Below, one piece after another: positions 22,139-31,798 of a stretch of 64,000 nucleotides of DNA (the stretch's first letter is position 1; every line of letters begins with the position of its first letter). A program made the position numbers and the translations under genes. The DNA is from Paracoccaceae bacterium (GTDB lineage Bacteria; Pseudomonadota; Alphaproteobacteria; JAPKNN01), in assembly GCA_040266715.1 (NCBI GenBank), contig JAPKNN010000001.1:51034-115033 (forward strand), read 5' to 3'. The notes below the pieces were generated by a model. The model searched no databases and was not told the DNA's origin. It saw only the letters and a program-made list of their open reading frames with translations.

Positions 22139-23425
22139 CTATTGCGTAGCATATTGTGTTTCTGCATTAGCCATCGCACTAAGAGGGACTAGCTCATAGC
22201 CTCTAAAGCTTAGATTCTTTACCCAGCGAGAAATTTCTTTTATAGATACAGGAAACGCGCTAGCATAACCGATTGCATTACCATTTTGTCGTGCGATTGT
22301 TTGTAAATGATCTAATGACTCGATTATAAAATCTTCTTCTTGTCTCATATCAATAACAACATCGGTGAGCGCATAAGGAACGCCTAATTTATTGAGTGAT
22401 TTTTTCATTCTTTCGGCAGGAGACGTGCCATTATCAAAATACACTAACCCTCTATCACGTAATTCACTTATAAAAAATTCTAAATTATCTTTGTTAGAAA
22501 CGAATTTAGCACCCATATAATTTGTGATACCTATATAATCTGTAAAACGACTCATCAACCAATATAAACGTAGTAAATTATCTCTCTTATTAAGATTATC
22601 AAGCAAAGTATGAGGACCTGGATCATTCTCAGGATACCCATATGGTTCCATTGGAACTTGTAGCAATACTTCATGTCCCTTTTTACGTGCTTTACTTACA
22701 TGATGTTGTAGTTTCTTAGCATATGGCACAAAGGCTAAGGTAACCCCTTGTGGGAAGGATTCCAACGCATTATTTGTAACTTTCTCAGACAATCCTAATC
22801 CACCAACAACAATCGCAATTTTTTTTGATTCTGGTGGTAATTTAAGTGCATCAGCGGCCCCTTTTGAGGCATAGGCATTAAGCGGTTTTAAGCCTGTTTC
22901 TGATATTTTAGGTAAAGGGCCATAAGGGCCGACTTCAATAATATCACCAAAAGCCGATATTATCGGTTCTGTCTGCTTTGACTTTTCGTTAACAGAAGGA
23001 TCAACACTAGCCTGTATTATTACAGGGCGCTTATTATTCTTTATTGATTTATTATTACTATTTAAGTTTTTTTTAAGGGATATAATTTTTGTTTTTACTG
23101 CAGAATCACCTTTATGTGTAAGTGTTGTCTTGCGCTTTTTATCTTCCTGTGTGGGTAGATTATTTTCTTCAATAGGCGTTGACAGCTCTTGGTGTTGTGT
23201 TTTGATAACGGCACTCGTACCATTGCGTAACTCTTTGCTTGAAACTCTATTGACATATTCCGAATCAAATTCAATCAAAGCGATATTACGTGCATTATTT
23301 TCAGGTTCAACAACAATTATGTATCCTATCAAGGATAAGAGCGACGCAATTGAAAAAATTGTAAAAAATAAGGGTAGAATAACAAATAAAATCGTACGTC
23401 TATAGGAGATATGGTCGGATTTCAT
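22139..23425 (-). CDS. Divergent polysaccharide deacetylase family protein (YibQ-like)
   Basis: N-terminal TM anchor, low-complexity linker and C-terminal domain with YibQ-like layout; conserved position downstream of ctpA. Confidence 0.6.
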   Translation of the reverse strand: MKSDHISYRRTILFVILPLFFTIFSIASLLSLIGYIIVVEPENNARNIALIEFDSEYVNRVSSKELRNGTSAVIKTQHQELSTPIEENNLPTQEDKKRKTTLTHKGDSAVKTKIISLKKNLNSNNKSIKNNKRPVIIQASVDPSVNEKSKQTEPIISAFGDIIEVGPYGPLPKISETGLKPLNAYASKGAADALKLPPESKKIAIVVGGLGLSEKVTNNALESFPQGVTLAFVPYAKKLQHHVSKARKKGHEVLLQVPMEPYGYPENDPGPHTLLDNLNKRDNLLRLYWLMSRFTDYIGITNYMGAKFVSNKDNLEFFISELRDRGLVYFDNGTSPAERMKKSLNKLGVPYALTDVVIDMRQEEDFIIESLDHLQTIARQNGNAIGYASAFPVSIKEISRWVKNLSFRGYELVPLSAMANAETQYATQ

Positions 23426-23524
23426 ATAGTCATATCCATAACAAAGCTTAATTCAAAACAAAAAAAATATTTTGTTTATCACTAATAGAATAATGTAAAA
23501 TAAATGCTAATATGTGAGTGTATG

Positions 23525-24889
23525 CTATGTTTTTCCTGTTATAGATGCATTATACGCCTGTTCAGCCGCCGCCTCTCCTTCTAACAGAAGTTTTTTTGCA
23601 AAATTATATTGTGTGTCCTGTTCCTTGTCCTTCGGCACGAAGGATGACGAACCCGATTCCTGTTGCTCGTTACGTGTATCTGAATCTGTTTTTAAATGCC
23701 CTCTTAACTGTGTTTCCCCCCTCTTTAGGTCATTAGAACCAAATTCCTTTGGTGTTTTTTGTTTAACCACATATTGTGCTTCAATTCCTCTAGCCTGAAT
23801 AGAGCGGCCAGAAGGTGTAAAATAACGGGATGTCGTAAGACGTATGGCACGATTGCTTTGAATAGGAAAGACCGTCTGCACAGATCCCTTACCAAAAGAG
23901 CGCGTTCCAACAATTTTGGCCCGCCCGTGATCAAGCAAAGCCCCAGCAACGATTTCTGATGCTGACGCAGATCCCCCATTTATTAATATTACTATAGGTT
24001 TACCATTAGTTACATCACCCTTTTTTGCATGATACCGACTCATATCCTCTTTTCGGCGAGACTGAGTCGAAAGAATTTCGCCTTGATCTAAAAACAAATC
24101 AGATACTTTAACGGCTTGTTCCAACAATCCTCCAGGATTATTGCGTAGATCTAGAATATACCCCTTAAGATTTTCGTCACCTATATCTTCTTTTATTTGT
24201 GTTATTGCATTTTCTAAATGCTTTGCTGTTTTCTCGCTAAATTGCGCAACCCTTAAATAGCCAATACCATCATCCGTTTGTGATCTAACAGAACGTATTT
24301 TGATAACATCACGAATCACTTTAATTTCTATGGGTTTTTTAACTTTTTGGCGCCTTATGGTAAGGGTTATGGGAACATTAACCTCACCACGCATTTTACT
24401 TACAGCCTGCGAAAGTGAAAGACCAATAATTGATTCACCATCAATATGTGTAATAATATCACCTGCCAATATGCCCGCCTTATAACCTGGTGTATCTTCT
24501 ATTGGAGAAACAACGATCACCCTATTATCTTGCATACTGACTTCTATGCCTATACCTCCAAACTGTCCCTTTGTATTAACCCTTACTTCTCTATACCCTT
24601 CCTCGTTAAGATAAGAGGAATGCGGATCAAGTGCACGTAGCATGCCCGAAATAGCACCATCTATTAATTTTTTATCATCGGGCTTTTCAACATATTCATT
24701 ACGCACTCGATGCAAAACATTACCCAAAATATTGAGTTCTTTATAAATTTCTTGCAAATCATCCGCTTGCGTTTTTTTTACATCAAAAAGAACGAATTTC
24801 TCACTCTCTAACTTATTAGCCGCTATAATAACGATAAAAACAACTGAACATAAAATACCAACGATAACGTTCTTAAATGAAAAATTCAT
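23525..24889 (-). CDS. ctpA: Carboxy-terminal processing protease (S41 family, PDZ domain)
   Basis: PDZ domain (GDIITHIDGESIIGLS), S41 catalytic region (GGSASASEIVAGAL...GTRSFGKGSVQ). Confidence 0.9.
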   Translation of the reverse strand: MNFSFKNVIVGILCSVVFIVIIAANKLESEKFVLFDVKKTQADDLQEIYKELNILGNVLHRVRNEYVEKPDDKKLIDGAISGMLRALDPHSSYLNEEGYREVRVNTKGQFGGIGIEVSMQDNRVIVVSPIEDTPGYKAGILAGDIITHIDGESIIGLSLSQAVSKMRGEVNVPITLTIRRQKVKKPIEIKVIRDVIKIRSVRSQTDDGIGYLRVAQFSEKTAKHLENAITQIKEDIGDENLKGYILDLRNNPGGLLEQAVKVSDLFLDQGEILSTQSRRKEDMSRYHAKKGDVTNGKPIVILINGGSASASEIVAGALLDHGRAKIVGTRSFGKGSVQTVFPIQSNRAIRLTTSRYFTPSGRSIQARGIEAQYVVKQKTPKEFGSNDLKRGETQLRGHLKTDSDTRNEQQESGSSSFVPKDKEQDTQYNFAKKLLLEGEAAAEQAYNASITGKT

Positions 24890-24910
24890 GATGTAAACCT
24901 ATATTTAATA

Positions 24911-24952
24911 ATACAATCAATCATGCTATTTATACAATCAATCATGCTATTT
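24911..24952. repeat. Perfect 21-bp tandem duplication in the envC-ctpA spacer
   Basis: atacaatcaatcatgctattt occurs twice back to back (24911..24931 and 24932..24952), 22 bp upstream of the ctpA start codon. Confidence 0.85.
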
Positions 24953-25073
24953 AAAGTGTCAAATGATTTATTCAGTATGAGATTGCTACTTATAAGGCGC
25001 AAAACTCTTCCTATAATGAGTTACTCAAGTCTATACTATTTTATTAGAAAATGATAGCTCAATTATGTCTAAT

Positions 25074-26324
25074 TCATATTTTTTTTTCCCACCAAGATTT
25101 TGAATCCAACGCTTTCCCATCTTTTCTTAATTCAATATATAATACAGAGGTTAAGTCGGCATCGTTACGTGTTAAATTGAGACTCGCAGTAGCATAATTT
25201 CCCATAACGCCAATGGGCTCGCCTCTCAATACAAAAAAGCCTGGCTGTATATAAATGTGTTGCATTCCTGTTAAAAGAAGACGGTATTTCTTCCCCACTT
25301 TAAGAATCACAAGTTTACCGTAATTACCAAAATCGTCAGCATATTCAACCCAGCCATCTACTGGAGAAATAACTTGTGCATAATCTGTTGTCTCTACGAA
25401 TAAACCTTTTGATGCATTACCATCTAAATCTTTTTGTCCGAAGCCTCTTATGACATCTCCATTGACAGGGAATAATAAGGAGCCTTTATTGTTAATAAAT
25501 GAAGTATCTAAAGAGAGTTGTAATTCTTTTCCTTTGTCAAGTGAAGGAGCTGTAATTTTTTTAGATTGTTTTTTTCCTTCTAATAGAGCGAATAATTCTT
25601 TCAGATCTTTTGCCTCTGCGTACCAATTTTTCACTTGCTTTTTTTGCTGCAGTATTTTTTCTGATATATTTTTCTGCGTAAGATTTCTTTGCTTTATGAT
25701 TGCATTAATGTCATTTTTTTCTTTAGTTAATAATGTATAATTATGTGATAAATTCTGCTTCTTTTTTTCAATACGTTCTTGTAAAGCAAGCATTTGTTTA
25801 ACCTCATTTTTCAAGGTTGCGACTTCCTGATTAACGGTATTTAAAACAGTGTTGAGTAACTTGGAAGCACGTATCGCATCATACAATTTTTCTGCATTCA
25901 CAACGATACCAGGGGGAGGATTGCCACCGATGCGTTGCATTGCAATAAGTATTTCAATGAGGTATCCATTGTGCAAGCTTAATTTATTGCGAATAATTTT
26001 TTCTTCTTTTTCTAATTCTTGCATCTGTGTACGTGCCGATTGCATTTGCTGCTCGTAAAGACTAATGCGTCTTGCCTTTGTTACAAGCTCACTGCTAAAA
26101 TTACGCAGTTCTTCAGTTATAGTTTTTCTTAACTCCTCCAATTCTTTATTATTGGTTTCATATAGTTTAATACGTCTTTCAATCTGCCTTAATTCACTTC
26201 TTTTTGTTTCCTCACTTGCATCTGTCGTTGCAACTGCAAATGGCATTGAAACCAATAGTCCCATATTCAAAAAAACACATAGCAATAATAGATCTTTAAA
26301 CATCACGTAAAATATGAGTAACAA
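25074..26324 (-). CDS. envC: Murein hydrolase activator, M23 peptidase-domain protein with coiled coil (EnvC-like)
   Basis: Signal peptide, long coiled-coil region, C-terminal LytM/M23 domain. Confidence 0.8.
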   Translation of the reverse strand: MLLIFYVMFKDLLLLCVFLNMGLLVSMPFAVATTDASEETKRSELRQIERRIKLYETNNKELEELRKTITEELRNFSSELVTKARRISLYEQQMQSARTQMQELEKEEKIIRNKLSLHNGYLIEILIAMQRIGGNPPPGIVVNAEKLYDAIRASKLLNTVLNTVNQEVATLKNEVKQMLALQERIEKKKQNLSHNYTLLTKEKNDINAIIKQRNLTQKNISEKILQQKKQVKNWYAEAKDLKELFALLEGKKQSKKITAPSLDKGKELQLSLDTSFINNKGSLLFPVNGDVIRGFGQKDLDGNASKGLFVETTDYAQVISPVDGWVEYADDFGNYGKLVILKVGKKYRLLLTGMQHIYIQPGFFVLRGEPIGVMGNYATASLNLTRNDADLTSVLYIELRKDGKALDSKSWWEKKI

Positions 26325-26387
26325 TTCATCATTTATTCTTAAAAATTCAGTGCGGGGTAGTTATTCCTGCCATCAGAAAGACAATAT

Positions 26388-26482
26388 GCCAATATAGTTA
26401 AAATAATATACAGCTCACCTTTATCATGTAGCCAATATAGTTAAAATAATATACAGCCCCCCTTTATCATGTAGCCAATATA
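26388..26482. repeat. 43-bp tandem repeat, ~2.2 copies, in the rlmH-envC spacer
   Basis: Copy 1 at 26388..26430 and copy 2 at 26431..26473 differ at 2 positions (cagctcacc vs cagcccccc); a partial third copy starts at 26474. Confidence 0.8.
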
Positions 26483-26483
26483 C

Positions 26484-26971
26484 TCATGAATTTTGATCAT
26501 GATATGGCATATTCTTTTTAATGCAAGCACTTCTATATAGCTGCTCCAAAAGCATAATTCTTACTAATTTATGAGGCCATTGTAGGCAACCAAATGCCAA
26601 ACGATAATGGGACATGTGTAATAACTCGTCAGATAATCCATCCTTCCCCCCAATTAAAAAAACCATATATCTATATCTACCATCCACAGAACCAATGAGA
26701 TTATAAAAACTATGGGTATCAATATTTTTTCCTTCTAGACACAAACCAATGATATAGGCGTCTGGAGGAATTTTTTTTTTACTTCCTCCGCTTCATACTT
26801 TAAGCGTTCTTTTACTGTACGTTTGTGTGAATGCATAATTTCATTAACAGTAATGTTTTTAATACCTAAAGCAGATTGTAATGGGCGCATTGCATCAAGG
26901 TAGTGCACACACAATGCCTCCTCAAGGCTTTTGTGTATTTTTCCAATGCATATAATACGTATATCAATCAT
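26484..26971 (-). pseudogene. rlmH: 23S rRNA (pseudouridine1915-N3)-methyltransferase RlmH, interrupted by a frameshift in an A10 homopolymer
   Basis: Track ORFs 26735..26971 (N-terminal half) and 26484..26744 (C-terminal SPOUT half, FLIGGKDGLSDE...PHKLVRIMLLEQLYRS) are both RlmH-like and lie in different frames; they join at the minus-strand A10 run (plus-strand T10 at 26771..26780). One extra A gives a continuous ~160 aa RlmH (...EAEEVKKKIPPDAYIIGLCLEGKNID...). Confidence 0.75.
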
Positions 26972-27086
26972 AGTTGGTTAGTGTATATAGACGTACTACT
27001 GTCCACCCATTATATTATTTACCTTACCTAAAATTACTTCCGATACCCCACCGATTAGGATATCAAATCTTACGCCTTCATCCATT

Positions 27087-27917
27087 TTATTCACCTGTTT
27101 GTAGAAGTTTTCCATTCTTTTTTGCCGAGCGCAAGAATAAATAAAATATTCTGAGTCCAACTACAAAATACAATGCATTGAGTAACATGCTATAAAACAG
27201 TAAATTAAAATCTAGGATATTATCTATCAATAGACTGCGTAATGCCTCAAAAACATAAGTTGGTGGCAACATATGTGCTATATAATAAAGTACATCAGGC
27301 AAAACATCGACGGGATAATACACACAAGCCAAAGGTAAAAGGGCAAAAGGAATTGTCCATGCTAACCCCTCTGCTCCCAAACCATAACGCAATATCATGC
27401 CGATGATAGGAAGACCAATAGACCAACTTGTTAAAAATATACTGGTAAAAAATAGTATAATAGCAAAACCCATTTGAAATAAATTAAAATCAAACAAAAA
27501 ATAAGCCACTATAATAACTGGAAAGAGACCCACAAAAACCTTCAATAAGCTAAACATCATAAAAGCCAATAACATTTCAATCGGCCTTAGCGGACTCAAT
27601 AACAAATGTCCTATGTTGCGAGACCACATCTCTTCTAAAAAAGAAATAGAAAAACCTAACTGCCCCCGAAAAAGAGTATCCCAAAGCATAACGGCCCCTA
27701 AAAACACGCCGCTTGTTGTAATCAACAATGACCCTGTATTTTCAATAAATATTTGTAAGTAGCCCCACATAAAAACTTGCATCAAGGGCCAATAAACAAG
27801 TTCCACAATACGCAAGCCAGAATGCTTAAATATATAATAATGACGTAACATAAGACCTGCCACACGATGTAAGCAGAATTTCCTATAAATAATTTTAGAA
27901 TTATGCATCAATATCAC
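27087..27917 (-). CDS. ABC-2 type transporter permease
   Basis: 276 aa six-TM permease with ABC-2 family layout; no ATPase partner adjacent. Confidence 0.65.
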   Translation of the reverse strand: MILMHNSKIIYRKFCLHRVAGLMLRHYYIFKHSGLRIVELVYWPLMQVFMWGYLQIFIENTGSLLITTSGVFLGAVMLWDTLFRGQLGFSISFLEEMWSRNIGHLLLSPLRPIEMLLAFMMFSLLKVFVGLFPVIIVAYFLFDFNLFQMGFAIILFFTSIFLTSWSIGLPIIGMILRYGLGAEGLAWTIPFALLPLACVYYPVDVLPDVLYYIAHMLPPTYVFEALRSLLIDNILDFNLLFYSMLLNALYFVVGLRIFYLFLRSAKKNGKLLQTGE

Positions 27918-27951
27918 TTATAAATTTCTATACAAATCTATCTTTCACTAA

Positions 27952-28821
27952 TTAGCGTGTTGGTAGCGCAGGGTTGTACTGATAATCATAAAATCCTTTA
28001 CCTGTTTTTGTCCCCAACCATCCAGCTTCAACATATTTGACCAATAAAGGACACGGACGATACTTTGAATCGGCAAGGCCATCATACAAAACCTGCATAA
28101 CTGATAGACAAACATCAAGCCCAATAAAATCAGCTAATTGCAAAGGACCCATGGGATGTTTTGCACCCATACGCATAGCACGATCAATCGCTTCAACGTT
28201 ACCCACACCCTCATACAAAGTGTATATGGCTTCATTTATCATTGGCAATAAAATACGGTTAACAATAAAGGCTGGAAAATCCTCAGAACGCACTGTTTTT
28301 TTGCCCAGAGAATGGACAAAATGTTCAATTTTTTGATACGTCTCATCATCCGTAGCGATACCCCGTATAAGTTCTACAAGTTGCATTTTGGGTACAGGGT
28401 TCATAAAATGAACGCCCATAAATTGCTTAGGTCTATCGGTTGCTGCTGCCAGACGCGTAATAGATATGGATGATGTATTAGAAGCCAACAAACATGTATC
28501 GGATATGTTTTTACTTAATGCCGTAAAAACATCCCTTTTTATATCTTCTTGTTCAACAACGGCTTCAATGACTATATCCACTTCACTAAAATTATCATAA
28601 TGGGTGCTAGCTACAATTCTTTTTAGTGCGTCATTACATTGTTCCTGTGAAACGAGACCCGCGACAACTTGCTTGTTTATATTGTTCTTAATGAGTTTTA
28701 AAGAATCCGTTATTTTTTCAGAAGAAATATCCGTTAGCATGACATTATACCCAGCCAATGCCGCAACATGCGTGATACCTATTCCCATTTGCCCTGCCCC
28801 TATAACTGCAATGTTTTGCAT
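27952..28821 (-). CDS. hbd: 3-hydroxyacyl-CoA / 3-hydroxybutyryl-CoA dehydrogenase
   Basis: N-terminal NAD-binding GxGxxG (IGAGQMG) and C-terminal 3HCDH domain. Confidence 0.85.
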   Translation of the reverse strand: MQNIAVIGAGQMGIGITHVAALAGYNVMLTDISSEKITDSLKLIKNNINKQVVAGLVSQEQCNDALKRIVASTHYDNFSEVDIVIEAVVEQEDIKRDVFTALSKNISDTCLLASNTSSISITRLAAATDRPKQFMGVHFMNPVPKMQLVELIRGIATDDETYQKIEHFVHSLGKKTVRSEDFPAFIVNRILLPMINEAIYTLYEGVGNVEAIDRAMRMGAKHPMGPLQLADFIGLDVCLSVMQVLYDGLADSKYRPCPLLVKYVEAGWLGTKTGKGFYDYQYNPALPTR

Positions 28822-28869
28822 TTTTTATGCCCCTTCCTCTATACAATTTTGCTCTTAGGATACGCTTTA

Positions 28870-29790
28870 TTATTCCCTACCAAAATTAACTTTAGCTGTA
28901 TCCTGCTTGGCGTCAATAATTTTTTGTCTTACATCTTTTACTGTTGAAAAAATAGTATGCAATTTACTTTCATTATCTTCTTCTATACTTTGTCTGAGAA
29001 CTGCCAAACCATACTCAAAAAAATCTAATACTTCTAATACATTTTTCTTATTGAGTAGAAAAATGTCACTCCACATCGTTGGATTTGAAGAGGCGATCCG
29101 TGTAAAATCTCTAAAACCACTTGCTGAAAATTTAACAATTTCCGTTTCTCTTAATTTTTCAACATTTAACGCTGTATAAGTCAGATTATATGCAATAAGA
29201 TGCGGCAAATGACTTGTAACAGCAAGTGCGAAATCATGTTCTTCATCCGTCATGATTTCTATTTTTGCATGACACATTTTCCAAAAAAGCACAACTTTAT
29301 CGAGGGCTTTCAGTGAGGTATCAGGATGGGGAGTCAGAATAACATATTTATTATCAAATAATTCAGCAAACCCAGCCTTAGGACCTGATTCTTCTGTACC
29401 CGCAATAGGATGGCCTGGAACATACCACACATCCTGTGTTAAAAAAGGCGATAAAGCCTCGTAAAATCCAGCCTTAGTAGAACCCACATCCGTAAGGATT
29501 GCGTGTTTTTTTAAAAGTGGAATAATACGCTTACCTGTCTCAATAATTTTTGCTGGAGGTATGCATAGAAAAACAATTTCTGCATCCCTGACACAAGATA
29601 TATCTGTTGATACAGTATCAAAAATATTTAGATTCTCTGCGTCCTTATAATGCTGCATATCCGTTTCGCATACATGTATATAGCGTGCAATATTATTTTT
29701 TCTAGCTGCGTGTGCAATAGATGCTCCCATCAAACCCGCGCCAATAATTGCAATGGTATTAAAGGTATATATTTCGCCATTATCAATCAT
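28870..29790 (-). CDS. tyrC: Prephenate / cyclohexadienyl dehydrogenase
   Basis: Rossmann motif IIGAGLMG, PDH domain with conserved HPIAG; clustered with hisC. Confidence 0.8.
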   Translation of the reverse strand: MIDNGEIYTFNTIAIIGAGLMGASIAHAARKNNIARYIHVCETDMQHYKDAENLNIFDTVSTDISCVRDAEIVFLCIPPAKIIETGKRIIPLLKKHAILTDVGSTKAGFYEALSPFLTQDVWYVPGHPIAGTEESGPKAGFAELFDNKYVILTPHPDTSLKALDKVVLFWKMCHAKIEIMTDEEHDFALAVTSHLPHLIAYNLTYTALNVEKLRETEIVKFSASGFRDFTRIASSNPTMWSDIFLLNKKNVLEVLDFFEYGLAVLRQSIEEDNESKLHTIFSTVKDVRQKIIDAKQDTAKVNFGRE

Positions 29791-29794
29791 ACGA

Positions 29795-30892
29795 TTATCC
29801 TTGTTTCATGAGGCGCTCAAGACAAAGCAATGTGTATTCATTTGCCTCTTCATCTCCGCAACTATAACGTAGACAATGAGGCAATTTATAAGCACTCATA
29901 TGCCTCAATATAATTCCGTGTTTTTTTAATCCCTCATCAATCCGCGTACATTCTTGAATTGATGCGAAAAAAAGCAGTAAAAAATTACCCTGACTAGGTA
30001 ATACATCAATACCCATTTGCTGCAATCTTGTCATTGCTGTTTTCCGCCATTGATGGTTTTTAGATCGCGCACAAGCAATAAAGTGATCATCGCTGATGGC
30101 CAAAATTCCGCATGATTGCGCCACAGAAGAAACATTAAAAGGACCGCGTATACGATTAAGTACATCAATAATATTTTCATTGGCATAGGCCCACCCTAAA
30201 CGCAAGGCCGCCAAACCATGTATTTTTGAAAAAGTTCTTGTTACAACAACATTACTATGTCTTTCTACTAATTCAAGCCCCGTCATATAATCAGTAGCCG
30301 TGACATATTCTGCGTAAGCTTCATCAAGAACAATAATAATATGCTTAGGCACTTCTTTAATGAAGGCCTCAAGTGTTTTGGCAGTGATATAGCTACCTGT
30401 AGGATTATTCGGGTTAGTTAAAAAGATAATCTTTGTTTTGCCTGTTATAGCTTTGCACATTTGATGACAATCAATAGCATATTCCTTTGCCTGAACCTCA
30501 ACAGGTTTACCTTGTGCAGCAAGTGTTACAATGCGATACATCAGATATCCGTATTGACTATATATAACTTCATCATCCTTGTTAAGATAAGCATTACAAA
30601 GCAATGTGAATATCTCGTCTGATCCATTAGAACATACAATTTTATCATGCGATACATTATGTTTTTGTGCTATAATCTTACGTAATTTTTCGGCGTTTCC
30701 ATCGGGATAACGTTGCAAATTTTTAATATCTATACTCTCTTGACTTGTAATAAGTGGAGAACAGCCATACGGATTTTCATTTGCACTTAATTTATATATT
30801 TTTTCTACACTTTTGTTGGATACAGTATTTTGTCCAGGTGTATACTGTTCTATTTCATAAATATATGGGAGGGCTTGAAGATTTTTAGTCAT
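29795..30892 (-). CDS. hisC: Histidinol-phosphate aminotransferase
   Basis: Class II aminotransferase; PLP-lysine region TFSKIHGLAALRLG; 365 aa. Confidence 0.9.
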   Translation of the reverse strand: MTKNLQALPYIYEIEQYTPGQNTVSNKSVEKIYKLSANENPYGCSPLITSQESIDIKNLQRYPDGNAEKLRKIIAQKHNVSHDKIVCSNGSDEIFTLLCNAYLNKDDEVIYSQYGYLMYRIVTLAAQGKPVEVQAKEYAIDCHQMCKAITGKTKIIFLTNPNNPTGSYITAKTLEAFIKEVPKHIIIVLDEAYAEYVTATDYMTGLELVERHSNVVVTRTFSKIHGLAALRLGWAYANENIIDVLNRIRGPFNVSSVAQSCGILAISDDHFIACARSKNHQWRKTAMTRLQQMGIDVLPSQGNFLLLFFASIQECTRIDEGLKKHGIILRHMSAYKLPHCLRYSCGDEEANEYTLLCLERLMKQG

Positions 30893-30897
30893 AATTT

Positions 30898-31698
30898 TTA
30901 ATCACATGAGTGTGGGAAAGGAAATTGAACATATTTGCCAAGACACACACCATCTACTTCACTCTCATCTGAAGCGTCTTGCATAATCAAAGAATATTGG
31001 GCCTTACCTTGCGATTGCGTTTTAGCATTTTTTAAAACAAGATTAGGAAGTGTCTGCATGTCTTTTTCGTGACATTGTACAACTAAGAATTTTTTTTCTT
31101 TTATATCCATTACATTATTTTTTTTATCCGATGAAGCAGACATATCTATAAAAGACAATTCCATAAAAAGCTTGGCATGGAAATTATTATCACGTTTCTG
31201 GTTTTCGTGTAACAGTTTTTCTGCCATATCATCATTTAAAGCAAAACTTACGATCGCCTGTTCTGTTTTATACATCACGTCAATAATATGGCTGTTATCC
31301 AAAAATTGGCACTGTGCTTGAAAGCCAAAAATATAATCACAATAGCGTTGCAATTCATGTTTTTTTTCTGCTTGGCAATACACGTTTAAATTACCTTGCA
31401 TACACACAGAAGCCGCTATGATAGTGCGCCATATATGATGTAAAGCCAATTTGGAATAATGTACGTCCTGCTTTTCAATAATTGCTTCCAATTTCTGGTG
31501 GATACTTAATTCTCGCAATGGCCTGAATATAGAAGTTGATATGCCTCTTTCCTGTTCCTGAGACTTTTTTGCGTTTACTACATTACGACTACACACGGCA
31601 CGTCTATGTAATAACTCTAGCACTTGATGGTCAATCGCATCTATCTCATTACGTATTGCATTTAATTTTTGTGAAGTGTATGTAGGAAGGGTACCCAT
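30898..31698 (-). CDS. Chorismate mutase (AroQ) domain protein with ~150 aa C-terminal extension of unknown function
   Basis: N-terminal ~100 aa resembles the AroQ helical chorismate mutase (LNAIRNEIDAIDHQVLELLHRR...); C-terminal half is unassigned. Confidence 0.55.
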   Translation of the reverse strand: MGTLPTYTSQKLNAIRNEIDAIDHQVLELLHRRAVCSRNVVNAKKSQEQERGISTSIFRPLRELSIHQKLEAIIEKQDVHYSKLALHHIWRTIIAASVCMQGNLNVYCQAEKKHELQRYCDYIFGFQAQCQFLDNSHIIDVMYKTEQAIVSFALNDDMAEKLLHENQKRDNNFHAKLFMELSFIDMSASSDKKNNVMDIKEKKFLVVQCHEKDMQTLPNLVLKNAKTQSQGKAQYSLIMQDASDESEVDGVCLGKYVQFPFPHSCD

Positions 31699-31798
31699 AA
31701 TATAACTATATAAAAAGTGATCTACTTAATAATTGTTGTATACAGAATATTATGATGTGATACAAGCGACAATCTTTTTTAATGTTCAAAACTTTTGA

